From a virus, in the IMG/VR virus record IMGVR_UViG_3300023202_000034, positions 1 to 64,000 of that record: 64,000 nt of DNA. One strand, 5' to 3'. Under the pieces are notes generated by a model. It was not told where the DNA came from. It searched no databases and worked only from the letters and a program-made list of their open reading frames with translations. Shown here piece after piece: positions 38,001 through 46,532 of this stretch. Numbering within the stretch: position 1 is the first letter of the stretch; each line of letters opens with the position of its first letter. The position numbers were made by a program, and so were the translations under genes.

Positions 38001-41000
38001 AATGAAGCCTACTCTGCAGAGATTGCGGCTGAGCGTGAAGCGAAAGCGATGGACCCTGAGTCTCTGGCTTCACAGGAAGAAATCGCTGCAGCACTGGACC
38101 TGTGGTTGGCTGACCTCAGTTCTGATGCCGTGAAAGAGCTTACTGGTAACGGTGTGATTGGTGAGGCCCTGATCCAGAAAGGTAGGAACCTCCGGTATAT
38201 CGGCCACCAGTTCAGCTTGCATGGAAACCTGAACCAGGTGTTGGAAGAGTATCTGGATGGTGAAGCCAACGACCCGTTTTCGGAACTGGCTACCTTCAAG
38301 AAGGAATTGATTGCCCGTCTGCGCAACTACTCAGTAAGCACAAAAGACGTGCGATCTGCACCGGCCTCTACCGTGTCTAACTTGATTGATGCGCTGAACA
38401 GTAACAGCGTGATTCAGGCCAATTCGGAGCTCTCTCAGGATCTGGTACTGGTGCAGCAAACGATCAACAGCGGTGTGTATGACGTTGTCGCCAGTATCGA
38501 AAAGATGCTGCCGACAGAACGTGCACAGCAAGTGCTGGCCACACTGAATCGTTATTACAACAGTGGTCGGGAACATCGGTTTGGGCTCCTGGGTGCACCA
38601 TACCTTTCTCAGGACTCGGAGTTGGTTGCGTTTCTGGAGAAGAACCCGCAGACGACCACCAAGGAATTGATTGGTGCCATGAAGTCGGCCCTGAAGAAAC
38701 GGAACAAAACGAGTGGACTGTCCCAATACGACCGCTTCATCAACCAAATGCTGAATCTGTTGTCAGGCTCGCTGCCAGGAGATACCAAGGTAGAACTGCT
38801 GACTGCGAACTCTGAAACCGCATTTGGTTACGCCTCCATGGAGATTGTGGAAGCATCGGCGGCATACTTGCCGGGAGTGGGCATCATGGTGAAAAACACC
38901 GATTTCCAAAACGCTTCCGTTACCTACGAAACCCTGACGCACGAGATGATTCATGCGGCGGTTGTGGGGATTACCCGCAAAGCATTGCAGGGTGGGACGG
39001 TTATCCGTGGGGAAGAGTTGGTCACCGAGCAGGTGGTAAGTGACGAAACGGTTCAACTGGTCAAAGAACTGGAAGCCCTGCACGGCGAAGCCAAGAGATT
39101 CCTGGAAGAGCAGGGCGGTGCTTTGGCAAGCCGTTGGGCCTATGCCACCAGCAACCTGGATGAGTTCATTGCCTTCGGTATGTCCAACCAGGATTTCCAG
39201 AATGACGTATTGAAGAAACTTACCGTTGCCGATAAAGGTCGGGGCAACAAGCTGATCGACGGTATGACTGCGTTCATCAACAAACTGGTGGGCATCCTGT
39301 TCGGTAAGAACGCGCCGGCAGATAAGCGCAATGGTTTGTACCAGATGGTGGCGAACACCACTGCCCTTATGAAAGCGGCTCGGGAAGACGCGCAGAAGAC
39401 GCGTGGTATGGAGCTTCCAAAAGGTAAGCCGGAAGTTATTGCCATGCAGGGGCCGGACCCATTGGAGGAAGCCAAGACACTGACCAATGAGCAGGTGTTT
39501 GATCGACTGGCGGGTAACGCGCTGTCAGCGGATCGTCAGACTCACCTCAAAGAACTGCTCAACAGTATTGTTGAGAAACTCCATGGGCCTATGGGTGCCC
39601 TGGGTGCTCAGTTGCGTCAGGAAGCTGCCTACGGACCGGAGGACCGCTACCTTGAGAACCTGGTGAATGGAACTCTGCCGTTCTACTCCCGGACCCTTGG
39701 GGCTGAGCTGAAGATGACTCAGGCTGAAGGGTTTGTATTGGAGCAGGTTGAAATGACAGTGCGTGAAGCCCTGAACAGTGACCGTGCTGCGTATGAAGGT
39801 ATGGCCAAGTTGTTCCGGGAAGCACGGACACAGATTCGTCCGGAAGATCTGCCGGCCGGCGCACACAAGTTTATCTTCACACCTCAGAAGCAGGACGGTG
39901 AATCCACCTCAGATTACCTGAGTCGATTTGCTGCCCTGTCCCTGGTGTACAAACCACTGAACGACAAGATGCAGTTTGCCACGGCAAAGACGGTCCCGAG
40001 CTTGCGAGGCAAAAAACTGGGTGAAATCGTCAAGACGCTCTTTGCCCGCATATTAGAAATCCTGAACGGAAAGATGACCAACACCTTTGCCGGTCAACAA
40101 GCGGATGCCAAGGCAGTCAGCCTGGTGCGTCAGCTGGTGAACAATGAGGCCAAGTACCGGGAATCCGCAGCACTGAGAAAACAAACCTTGGACAACGCTG
40201 AGAAGGGTGCTTTCCAGAAGCTTTCCGATGCAGCCAGGGAAAAGGCAACCCAGTTTGCGGAATCCAACCCGATTGCCAATAACAGTAACGTGTTTGTGCG
40301 TTCTTTCGGAGTGATAACTTCAGCTGTGGCCAATGACCGTGTGCGGGAACTGTTCGACGGATTGGAAGATGTCAGGAACAAGATCTATGCCGGCCAACGC
40401 CAGGGCATCTGGGCAGCAGTGGCTACGGAATTCAAAGGTGCCAATGAGACCAACCTGACCGCGCATCAGCTGTTGCGTATTGCCAAACACAATGAGCAGA
40501 CGCGTAAAATCGTTAAGGAACAGATAGCCAAAGGGGTACTGGAAAGCTTCGATCCAAACCACAAACTAACTGACCTGGAAAAGAAATCCCTGACCAAGGT
40601 GCTGTTGCGTACTGATATGACGGCACTGCTGGGTGATGGTGATTCTGGTTTGGGTACCTACGACCTGACGACGCTGACACGCATGGTTTCCGATGAACAA
40701 TTTCTGGATTCCGAGATCAAGAAACTGGAGAAGGCCATTGCCCGGGAGCAAAGTAACACCCGGTACTATGTGGCCCAAGCCAGAAACACCGGGTACTTCC
40801 TGGCAACGGGACGGAATGCCAGCGCCAACCTGATGCAGAACGCACATAGCATTGTGTACCTGACAGGTACCGGTAACAAACGTAACAAGCCCAGCTTTTC
40901 ACACGCAAAGACTCTGGAACCCATGGTGGATCGTCTGATCTCCCTGAACGCGTTGAAATATACCGATGGGGAACTGCGAGACGTTGCGGCCAATGTCATG

Positions 41001-42911
41001 AAACGTGAGCTGTCCCGGGGCACTGAAAGCGGTATCGAGATGGTTCTGAAAACGCATGAGCGGCTGAAGCGTGAAGCCATGGACAAGCTGTTTGATGACG
41101 GCCCTGCGTTGTTCCGTAAAGGCTACACCAAGGAAATATACGATCCGTACAAGGAGGTAGTACTGGCGCCGGTGAGTGAGCGGGACGATCTGATCAAGCG
41201 TGGGTATGTCCCAGGAGCTGTTCTGGAGCAAGATCCTGCGGACCCGGATCGTCACAATCCCAAGCAGTTGTTCGTGATGCACGATGCAGGGCTCAAGAGC
41301 CGAGTGACAGGAATCTATTCAAATACCGACATGCGGGTACGGGGTACCACCATTCACTCTGGTTTGCAGTCGGTGTCCGGTGAAGGGCTGGTCAGCGTCC
41401 GTCAGGATATGAATACTCAGGTTGCTGCAGCACTGAATTCAGATATCCAGGCATTGTTTACGGCACCGGATAATTACAATCCTGAGCGGGTAACCGGTGC
41501 CAGGATGGCACCTGTCGTCAACAACATGGGCCAGATTGTGAACTATCGGTACATGATGCAGGAGAAAACAAAAGACCTACTGTTGAACCGTAACAATGCC
41601 CTGGAAGAGATTCTGGGTGGTATGGCGGCCAACATCGTAGACAAGGTCTCCAGTCGGGAGCATAACAACCGTGCGGTTGAAGCCATGCATCAACAGTTCC
41701 GGGAAGAGTCTCCGTTACGTCCGCATGCGTTTGTTCGGGTAAGTGCAGAGAGTGAAGACCCTACCGTGCGTGAAGCATGGAATCTGATACCTGAAGGTAC
41801 CAAGCATCATATTCGTAAAGTGTGGGGAAGAAATGAAATGTGGGTAAGGGCAGATCTGTATGACCTGCATTTTGGGTACCGCAAGCTGAGCTTGACAGAC
41901 CCCTGGAAGGTGGCAGAGGACGAGCGTTCTGTCCAGCAAGCCATGGTGGTTGCGACGTTTGAAGCGTTCCTGGGTAAGAAAGCCGCAATGCGCCTGGCGA
42001 AGGCTGAGAACATTTGGGAGGAGTTGGTACGGGAAGTGAAAGATATCTGGGTGATCAAGAGTGTGGTTACCTTGATTGTCAACATCAGCAGTAACGTCAC
42101 TGAGTTGTTCTGGTTTGGGGTGAACCCACGCAACATGCTCCGGGATCACCGGGAAGCGTTGCAAGGTATCTTGTCATACCAGCGGGACTCCAACGAGAAA
42201 ATCCAGTTGGAGAACATGCTGGCGTCTGGTTACATGACTCAGCCCCCTGAAGAAATTCAGGCTCGCCTGGTTGAGCTGGAAGATTCCATTAACCGGAACC
42301 CAGTGAAGGAACTGGTCGATGCAGGCATCTTCCAAACCATTGTTGAAGACGTAGATGCAGAATCCAGTGATTACAGCTACAAGTCCAGACTGTTCCGGAG
42401 AGTTCAGGGGCTGACGGACAAGCTACCAGAGACAGTAACTGCTACAGGTAAAACACTCTATATGGCCCATGACACTCCGCTGTATAAGCTGATGTACCAG
42501 GGAACGTCTTTGAGTGACTTCACCGCCCGTTATGTGCTGTACAAGCACCTGACTACTCGTGATGTAGAACCTATGGCCAAGGAAGAGGCCATCCAGACCA
42601 TCGTAGACGCCTTTGTGAACTACGACATTCCGACACACAAGGGTTTACAGTACATTAACGATATGGGGATCATTCCTTTCACCAAGTACTACATCCGGAT
42701 TCAGAAGGTACTGATGACGTTGTACCGGGAGAACCCAGCCAGAGCATTGGCAGTAGCAACCTTTGGTTGGTTCTTCGACAGCATGGGTGTACTGACAGAC
42801 TCCGGTATCTGGAACAAGGCAGACAACCCACTGGGTAATGGCGCCTTTGACTACATTGATGCAGTAGGTGACATTGGTACAATCAAAGCAGCAATGTCTA
42901 TTGCAGGGTAG
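32010..42911 (+). CDS. Virion-encapsidated RNA polymerase (N4 gp50-like)
   Basis: 3633 aa; motif A EIDGVTNGP, motif B RNAVKTPLTAMVFG, motif C NIHDA; no Cys seen, as in N4 vRNAP. Confidence 0.96.
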   Translation: MDIMDELGSLLNDKSTPLDRVIQRRNQKEQDVIDAAFKNVEALDRIHKANERRLQPDAQVGALGTDSDTVRLGVGGAMSGTGSVLAAPGWILDQAGQLIESGLMAAGLEDQVRAVNQKFVDWGISAPSEAFKGVGGWLKEGGQELQKAVDASTQYSFDQSTPTGDITDTSSWSLGENPSLEGYGLQLTKILGEFAPQAAGLVARSPEKAMQIMGAIGGLQAGEGQASDTVDAIMQMDEATLTEASDLYRELREDTPELTHEQAQQEVARTAGAASFMGGALVGTAGGAATGYILKPLQGKLQGNVLGRATKSVGLSAGEEALQEVGETVTGRAASNLAAGMDRDLTEGTFGDAVLGGSFGGGLGALGTTADEVGRIAEKVSAAMPQTDFSTKEKDIVAAAESGNIDKFLDPEDKKNYSPLNALGAMVIRARRDDVPEAEKRELKASMQNMITTLEQDAVKLQRQIDQHLPETIESTRQKLQTREQKLATAETEQERVQLRDDIEFLKESLDAIENVDPKRIKAMEAELKGINSQISEAQAMFSQVPGAEATADDVDALKATAGITPTDAPVSSTERTQAAKELTIVAMQNPDLLSTQDVETLVGDDTNGLSEDDRQFLRTLSQAQLAANLAQDMTGARRGVMQGTDGFIGIRQYQARMANAVRAKNDTVAKAQLTGLRKFRESHEAKANVFEKALEQTNKTGKPVIVARGKGHTDWKITQRKSLTDTFRNFGAIRIRPDSTRLVATVAQEREALKAAEAMLNAAYTLGFSQNASVTEQPEAVSDTPESTESPVAEETVNESEQSEAPEPESVEATPETSEAEPEPTQAAEPVAEPTLRERVEQPESGTDGEVEAELEPVNPEPESEVPTEAGEVRYEEGTLAVFKQKAAAITGKLTDEAFRKLNLVRQYFTQTSKKDSDVTERPLVVQKDFLSALIQDESVADLFVDARRYGSFDGSGLSEAQYAAIRDFASKAKDWNEYLETELINYDIKEQFYYRDLFHHLRDGQPTEENIKTAISYAAYSWLIDNASRPALATDEEINTILHRRPEHEVIDTERAEFGYIGTSDKLVINTLGQKVVQALGIRGTKDTPANLVSQLESSLGVYAMQLLAEQELVERHQVTSASFSREPGDADDATISGDYVTHPFVRLARKENLKPVDVIEAIGVANRNTQSILSHLMGVESGSFEPEFVEPEFNQAFTKGTKQRVPKRQQKIEAKKGKYAYQVRSTMFGLWDALDLGTKRTIVGVKDLDNKAVHKVNKLSAEGFNEGLDREIFLFDEFASKEEHRNRPFWLIGNIWKQQRVGLKSNTINPQASKIHRFLVSMTGWKVSVDTRLDSPSNRMFRLNVATGLGIKTDKQAVETSLKRLDEKLNDNPILLDAVEVIKQNLLGEPLSEAEQATLVEAVRVGGEAMHTMDALLGLAQWELAVDNGESSFETDMMLEIDGVTNGPMLAQLQLGAAPSAGELNEILNKGGMYELGSDYTNFNTWKEEAKQPDLYETLAKDIAEAMQAVIQGADAWKAQNFVSLNRFMDGLFDANSKKVTIGRNAVKTPLTAMVFGSSINNAIKSMAEEFVQGIYDRIEADANLPEGERSAATKETLKHINALLKPGFKKGVTPLSENMTTDQLLEFTFDKEQLKTINDMFRWNVGKHVEGVMEHRFGLFMGRRRELNRGAQLAFYLYDTVYQYYREKVIKELVNSGDIPVNVTKNGNTLYRYDLTSAQEQLVEQRVRAAMPMVHTPLSKDSKDLGAGLFIGKTERSVAKDADTAYTQKVEFKKRKDKTRYVDGRGMKRQMVDPGIATLIMMIHSSDSAISSYAAEQLQALNIHDAHGLSLNDAAEGGKNLNKATYEVMRDYSAPLEIHEALVRTIRGLKSLGEDLVSDPELRERFVALSQELHKSKLNGLIEPVDDINPDNGDVFRYILKQTERAAFASEYTKLQNMAQSKAYNQYAFEGGEYLVTDADRAKALENLDALDARPANKGDRDLMEVLYSLFPGNEAYSAEIAAEREAKAMDPESLASQEEIAAALDLWLADLSSDAVKELTGNGVIGEALIQKGRNLRYIGHQFSLHGNLNQVLEEYLDGEANDPFSELATFKKELIARLRNYSVSTKDVRSAPASTVSNLIDALNSNSVIQANSELSQDLVLVQQTINSGVYDVVASIEKMLPTERAQQVLATLNRYYNSGREHRFGLLGAPYLSQDSELVAFLEKNPQTTTKELIGAMKSALKKRNKTSGLSQYDRFINQMLNLLSGSLPGDTKVELLTANSETAFGYASMEIVEASAAYLPGVGIMVKNTDFQNASVTYETLTHEMIHAAVVGITRKALQGGTVIRGEELVTEQVVSDETVQLVKELEALHGEAKRFLEEQGGALASRWAYATSNLDEFIAFGMSNQDFQNDVLKKLTVADKGRGNKLIDGMTAFINKLVGILFGKNAPADKRNGLYQMVANTTALMKAAREDAQKTRGMELPKGKPEVIAMQGPDPLEEAKTLTNEQVFDRLAGNALSADRQTHLKELLNSIVEKLHGPMGALGAQLRQEAAYGPEDRYLENLVNGTLPFYSRTLGAELKMTQAEGFVLEQVEMTVREALNSDRAAYEGMAKLFREARTQIRPEDLPAGAHKFIFTPQKQDGESTSDYLSRFAALSLVYKPLNDKMQFATAKTVPSLRGKKLGEIVKTLFARILEILNGKMTNTFAGQQADAKAVSLVRQLVNNEAKYRESAALRKQTLDNAEKGAFQKLSDAAREKATQFAESNPIANNSNVFVRSFGVITSAVANDRVRELFDGLEDVRNKIYAGQRQGIWAAVATEFKGANETNLTAHQLLRIAKHNEQTRKIVKEQIAKGVLESFDPNHKLTDLEKKSLTKVLLRTDMTALLGDGDSGLGTYDLTTLTRMVSDEQFLDSEIKKLEKAIAREQSNTRYYVAQARNTGYFLATGRNASANLMQNAHSIVYLTGTGNKRNKPSFSHAKTLEPMVDRLISLNALKYTDGELRDVAANVMKRELSRGTESGIEMVLKTHERLKREAMDKLFDDGPALFRKGYTKEIYDPYKEVVLAPVSERDDLIKRGYVPGAVLEQDPADPDRHNPKQLFVMHDAGLKSRVTGIYSNTDMRVRGTTIHSGLQSVSGEGLVSVRQDMNTQVAAALNSDIQALFTAPDNYNPERVTGARMAPVVNNMGQIVNYRYMMQEKTKDLLLNRNNALEEILGGMAANIVDKVSSREHNNRAVEAMHQQFREESPLRPHAFVRVSAESEDPTVREAWNLIPEGTKHHIRKVWGRNEMWVRADLYDLHFGYRKLSLTDPWKVAEDERSVQQAMVVATFEAFLGKKAAMRLAKAENIWEELVREVKDIWVIKSVVTLIVNISSNVTELFWFGVNPRNMLRDHREALQGILSYQRDSNEKIQLENMLASGYMTQPPEEIQARLVELEDSINRNPVKELVDAGIFQTIVEDVDAESSDYSYKSRLFRRVQGLTDKLPETVTATGKTLYMAHDTPLYKLMYQGTSLSDFTARYVLYKHLTTRDVEPMAKEEAIQTIVDAFVNYDIPTHKGLQYINDMGIIPFTKYYIRIQKVLMTLYRENPARALAVATFGWFFDSMGVLTDSGIWNKADNPLGNGAFDYIDAVGDIGTIKAAMSIAG

Positions 42912-42969
42912 TAAAGAACAATCAGGAGCCTCGACACCGGGGCTCTTGATTATCCTCTGATAGAAAGAA

Positions 42970-43001
42970 GAAAGCCCCCTGTATAGGGGGCTTTCACTTT
43001 T
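42970..43001. terminator. Bidirectional terminator at the late/middle convergence
   Basis: GAAAGCCCCCT-GTAT-AGGGGGCTTTC. Confidence 0.78.
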
Positions 43002-43012
43002 CGGTCATACAC

Positions 43013-43195
43013 TTATGTCGTTACATCATCATCTTTATCCGTGAAGAACCAGTAGATCAACAGGGTAATGACAACAGCAATAGCGACGTAGGGGAGTATA
43101 ACCAAAAAGACGGAGATTGCCAGCACGACCAAAGCCACAAAGGCAAGAAGTGCAACAGCAATCACCGTGTAGCTGATCGCTTTAAAGACGGACAT
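43013..43195 (-). CDS. Small membrane protein
   Basis: 60 aa, almost wholly hydrophobic. Confidence 0.65.
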   Translation of the reverse strand: MSVFKAISYTVIAVALLAFVALVVLAISVFLVILPYVAIAVVITLLIYWFFTDKDDDVTT

Positions 43196-43204
43196 TCGTC
43201 CCCC

Positions 43205-43546
43205 TTAGCGGCTGAACAAGCTCATGTCTGATTTCTCAACAGAATCTGTTTGAGAATTGGGCAGAGGCTCGCTTGCTGCTTCTTCCGCGTCAGATTGTTC
43301 TGTTTCGTCAGCTTCAGTTGCTTTAACTTCGTCTGTATTAACGGTTTTGGGCTCAACAACCGCGTCGTCAGCACAGCTGGCAACGAAGCCTGGTGTACCT
43401 TCGGCGCATTCAACTTCGGCACTAAGGCCTGAGTCTTTGCGGCCCATGGTGAACGAGATGTTACTCACCGGTCGGGCAACACCCTGACTGGCCAGAAACA
43501 TGGCGATGGCTTCTTCAATGTCTTTTTGCTTAAGACGGATTTCCAT
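43205..43546 (-). CDS. Conserved N4-like hypothetical protein
   Basis: MEIRLKQKDIEEAI...FTMGRK..GLSAEV; acidic tail ending SLF. Confidence 0.72.
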   Translation of the reverse strand: MEIRLKQKDIEEAIAMFLASQGVARPVSNISFTMGRKDSGLSAEVECAEGTPGFVASCADDAVVEPKTVNTDEVKATEADETEQSDAEEAASEPLPNSQTDSVEKSDMSLFSR

Positions 43547-44150
43547 AAACGAGGTCTCTCATTTTGTCTGCGTTAACAGGGGTGGCTTGAATAAAGGGGA
43601 GGATGTTCAGGAATTCAGTGGTCTGAAGTCCTGCCTCAATAGCACCGATGGCATCAGCCATGTGCTCGGCCTTGGAGGCACTGACGGAGGTAACCCCGTT
43701 TCGTGTCACCATTGGCCAGTTAGCGTTGGGATGGAGCTTCACAGCTCGATCAATGATTTCGGCTTTGGAGGCAGTCTTACTGCCCACCGTGGCCAGTTTG
43801 ACTTCAGTCGGGGTCACCTCAAAGAACTGAATACCCTGGGCACGTAAGGCACCCAGGACACCGACACAGATGCCATAGGAAGCCATGGCTCTGGCAGACT
43901 GGCTACCCACCGGGACTTCCACGAAAACACACTGTACGTCTTGAGAAGCCAGTGCAGCCTTGAAGGCCAACTGTCTTGCTCGCTCCAGATCTTTACTGTT
44001 TTGCCTGACCGTTTTACCGGTGGCGAAATCAGGATTGATCAGATCCAGGGTGTGTACCGTCAGCTTCTTGGTTTCGGTGTCATAGTGGCCTTTGGCCAGT
44101 CCCCAATTGTTCAGGGACGGGTCGAAACCACAGACGGTTATTAAGCTCAT
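43530..44150 (-). CDS. RuvC-like Holliday junction resolvase
   Basis: GFDPSLNNWG, VEVPVGSQSARA, EHMADA; start 44150 has a GGAG RBS and ATGA overlap with the HNH stop. Confidence 0.85.
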   Translation of the reverse strand: MSLITVCGFDPSLNNWGLAKGHYDTETKKLTVHTLDLINPDFATGKTVRQNSKDLERARQLAFKAALASQDVQCVFVEVPVGSQSARAMASYGICVGVLGALRAQGIQFFEVTPTEVKLATVGSKTASKAEIIDRAVKLHPNANWPMVTRNGVTSVSASKAEHMADAIGAIEAGLQTTEFLNILPFIQATPVNADKMRDLVYGNPS

Positions 44151-44701
44151 ACGGTACTCCAGGTTCTTCCGGACTTGATCGCACTTATTGCGGCATCTGT
44201 CACACCAAATTTGTCTGCAAACGCTCGACCCATACCACGCTTCCAATGGGGTAAGGCTGATTTAATTTCAGCAACCTGGATTTGGGTTAGTGTTGCTTTT
44301 GCGATCGCTTCACCACGTGCTTGAGTACCGTGGTTGCAACGATCTTCAGCGTTCGATTTGACAGTATCCCAGCGAAGATTTCCTGGAGTATTGTTTTGTG
44401 CCTTACCATCGTTATGACATGCCTGAGCATCAGGAAAAGGACGTTGACCTTTGAAAGCCAGCAATACCAATACGTGTACCGGTACCCACTTTGGTGATTC
44501 ACCATCGGGCGCTACTGCAGCACGTAGGTACTTCTTACCTTTACTATTACTCAAGTTGAGCATGTGAGGTTCCGTACTTAAGCCTCCCCGACCATTACGG
44601 CTTTTGTATGATCGGATGCGTCCAAGAGAAGACGCCTCATACCCAGTAAAGCCAGGTATAGGGCGCCACTCTTCCATCCCTAATACAGAGATCAGACTCA
44701 T
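44147..44701 (-). CDS. Free-standing NUMOD4-HNH homing endonuclease fused to a resolvase N-terminal stub
   Basis: EEWRPIPGFTGYEASSLGRIRS (NUMOD4); VHVLVL...ACHNDG...NN..GNLRWDT. Confidence 0.88.
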   Translation of the reverse strand: MSLISVLGMEEWRPIPGFTGYEASSLGRIRSYKSRNGRGGLSTEPHMLNLSNSKGKKYLRAAVAPDGESPKWVPVHVLVLLAFKGQRPFPDAQACHNDGKAQNNTPGNLRWDTVKSNAEDRCNHGTQARGEAIAKATLTQIQVAEIKSALPHWKRGMGRAFADKFGVTDAAISAIKSGRTWSTV

Positions 44702-44958
44702 GACAGTTTACCGCTCTGCGGGTTGCCAACTGTGTTTGGCGGGATTTCCAGGTACCCTTCTTCAAAGGCCTTCTTGGGAGACCAGGAATGGTACTCATCC
44801 GACGTGCCTTTGTAATAAATCACATGGTAACCGTCAGCCGAGGAGTCGACTTTCCCGGGTAACGGGAAGGGACGTACATTGGCTACAAAGTCCCCCAATG
44901 TCATGGGCTCTGCGTGAACCTGTTTGATTGACTGGTAGCGTTTCAGATTGCCGCTCAT
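44698..44958 (-). CDS. Conserved phage protein (YxSxKxVxA...YxSWSPKxxFExGY)
   Basis: 86 aa; ATGA-coupled on both sides. Confidence 0.75.
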   Translation of the reverse strand: MSGNLKRYQSIKQVHAEPMTLGDFVANVRPFPLPGKVDSSADGYHVIYYKGTSDEYHSWSPKKAFEEGYLEIPPNTVGNPQSGKLS

Positions 44959-45290
44959 ACGATTGGTTTCTCCCCATTCAGTTGAGCGTACAGTCTATAC
45001 CCTTCCAGCTCCCACAGTCGCTTGCTGACCTGTTCCCGGGCATTACGCTCAGCAATCGTCCGTCCCAGCTCTGCATCAAAGTTTTCTGGTGATACACAGG
45101 CACTGTGACCGGTTGCCAGGTAAAACTTCTGATCCAGATAGGCATGACAGAACGTGCTAGTCGTTCCGGCAGGCTGAGAAAAGAAAAAAGATACACGACT
45201 CATCATGGTAAAGATGTGGTCTACCGTAACCCGGGGAGCAGTCAGACCCTTGTCCTGAATCTCCTGCTCTACTGCTTGATCGTTCGACAT
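44955..45290 (-). CDS. N4 Gp49/Sf6 gp66 family protein
   Basis: EQEIQDKGLTAPRVT...GHSACVSPENFDAELG...WELEGY. Confidence 0.85.
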   Translation of the reverse strand: MSNDQAVEQEIQDKGLTAPRVTVDHIFTMMSRVSFFFSQPAGTTSTFCHAYLDQKFYLATGHSACVSPENFDAELGRTIAERNAREQVSKRLWELEGYRLYAQLNGEKPIV

Positions 45291-45348
45291 CGGGTTTCCT
45301 CAGTCGGTGAATGTCAGGGGCTGATATCAGCCCCCGTGGATTCAGAGA

Positions 45349-46110
45349 TTACTGAGCAAACAGACTGGTTGGCTGCGCCTTATTGGCCGTGGCCGCAGCT
45401 GCCATTGGGGCACCTGCTTTGGGTGCGCCGGCGGTGCCTGAAACACCTTTGGAACGATCACGAACTTGACCGGCCCACTTCTGTTCCCAGGTGTTGTAGA
45501 ACACGGCTTCTGTAGCGCCACCCTGTATTTCCATAACAGTCTTCTTGTCATGGTCTTCCAGTGCACAGAAGAACTTATCGATCTCGTTCTTCTCGATGGT
45601 TTCGCCCGTTGCGTGATACTCACCGTCAGTACCCTTCTGGGACTTGTCTTCAATCTGCTTGAAGATAGCGACGTACACTTCTTTGCCCAGCAGATCCATC
45701 AGCATATCCACAGAAGTAGGTACTTCTGCTTTGGCTTCTGGGCTGTAGAGATTGATGGTTTTCTTCTCAGTGTCCATCGCGGCAATTTCCTGGCCGGTGG
45801 TCAGCTGGCACAGGCTGTTGGCCAGGTTGAAGCCAGGCAGATACTGCTTGTCACCGTTCTTGTCGATGAAGAAGTTCTTATTGCCTTTGGCATCACCGGA
45901 AGCCATCCACAAGGTTTGGCGGACTTCACGACCGGCGCTGGTCATCAGGTGCAGTTTCAGGCCCAGGGCGCCACCAGCAGACTTCTGCAGGTAAGCCAGG
46001 GTAATGGTGGTCTTGTAGATCGCGGTATCCAGTGGGCTAAAGTCACCGCCTACAACGTCCTTTTCGCCTTGAATTTCATCAGAGGTAGTCAGGTTAGAGA
46101 GAAGGCTCAT
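45349..46110 (-). CDS. Single-stranded DNA-binding protein (N4 gp45-like)
   Basis: KQYLPGF, NEIDKFF, C-terminal SLF; synteny after gp44. Confidence 0.85.
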   Translation of the reverse strand: MSLLSNLTTSDEIQGEKDVVGGDFSPLDTAIYKTTITLAYLQKSAGGALGLKLHLMTSAGREVRQTLWMASGDAKGNKNFFIDKNGDKQYLPGFNLANSLCQLTTGQEIAAMDTEKKTINLYSPEAKAEVPTSVDMLMDLLGKEVYVAIFKQIEDKSQKGTDGEYHATGETIEKNEIDKFFCALEDHDKKTVMEIQGGATEAVFYNTWEQKWAGQVRDRSKGVSGTAGAPKAGAPMAAAATANKAQPTSLFAQ

Positions 46111-46169
46111 AATGATATTCCTTTGGTTTCAATGATTTCGGGTTTTGGTTTTGTGAGTGGTGCCGGGGG

Positions 46170-46532
46170 TTACCCGGCTACCTTGTCGACACGTTGCTGA
46201 GCATGAGAATCGGTGTAGCTCAGGGAGTGGTAACGCTTCGACAGTTTGGTGATGTTAGCTTCCAGGGTTTCTTCCCGGGTAATACCGAGGCGGGACCGCA
46301 ATCCTTCCATGTAGAATTCCAGGTCACCCAGTTCCTCAATGACGTTGTCACGATCCAATGGCTTGCGATAGATCACGGCTTTCTTGACCGCATCCAGCAA
46401 TTCACCGGATTCGCCGGCAATGCCTACCGCCATGTGGAGGTTGTGGGCGTCGTCACCGGTCAGTTCCCGGGCAATGGTGTCACCGTATTTGGCCAGGGCT
46501 TGAACCAATTCAGGATGGGTAATCTGGGTCAT
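46170..46532 (-). CDS. MazG-like nucleotide pyrophosphohydrolase
   Basis: GIAGESGELLDAVKK...EELGDLEFY...NITKLSKRY. Confidence 0.85.
   Translation of the reverse strand: MTQITHPELVQALAKYGDTIARELTGDDAHNLHMAVGIAGESGELLDAVKKAVIYRKPLDRDNVIEELGDLEFYMEGLRSRLGITREETLEANITKLSKRYHSLSYTDSHAQQRVDKVAG

Noticed and set aside
44151-44246. N-terminal extension of the resolvase ORF given in the track
   Set aside because: It overlaps the HNH gene; ATG 44150 has a good RBS and gives a normal RuvC-like start.
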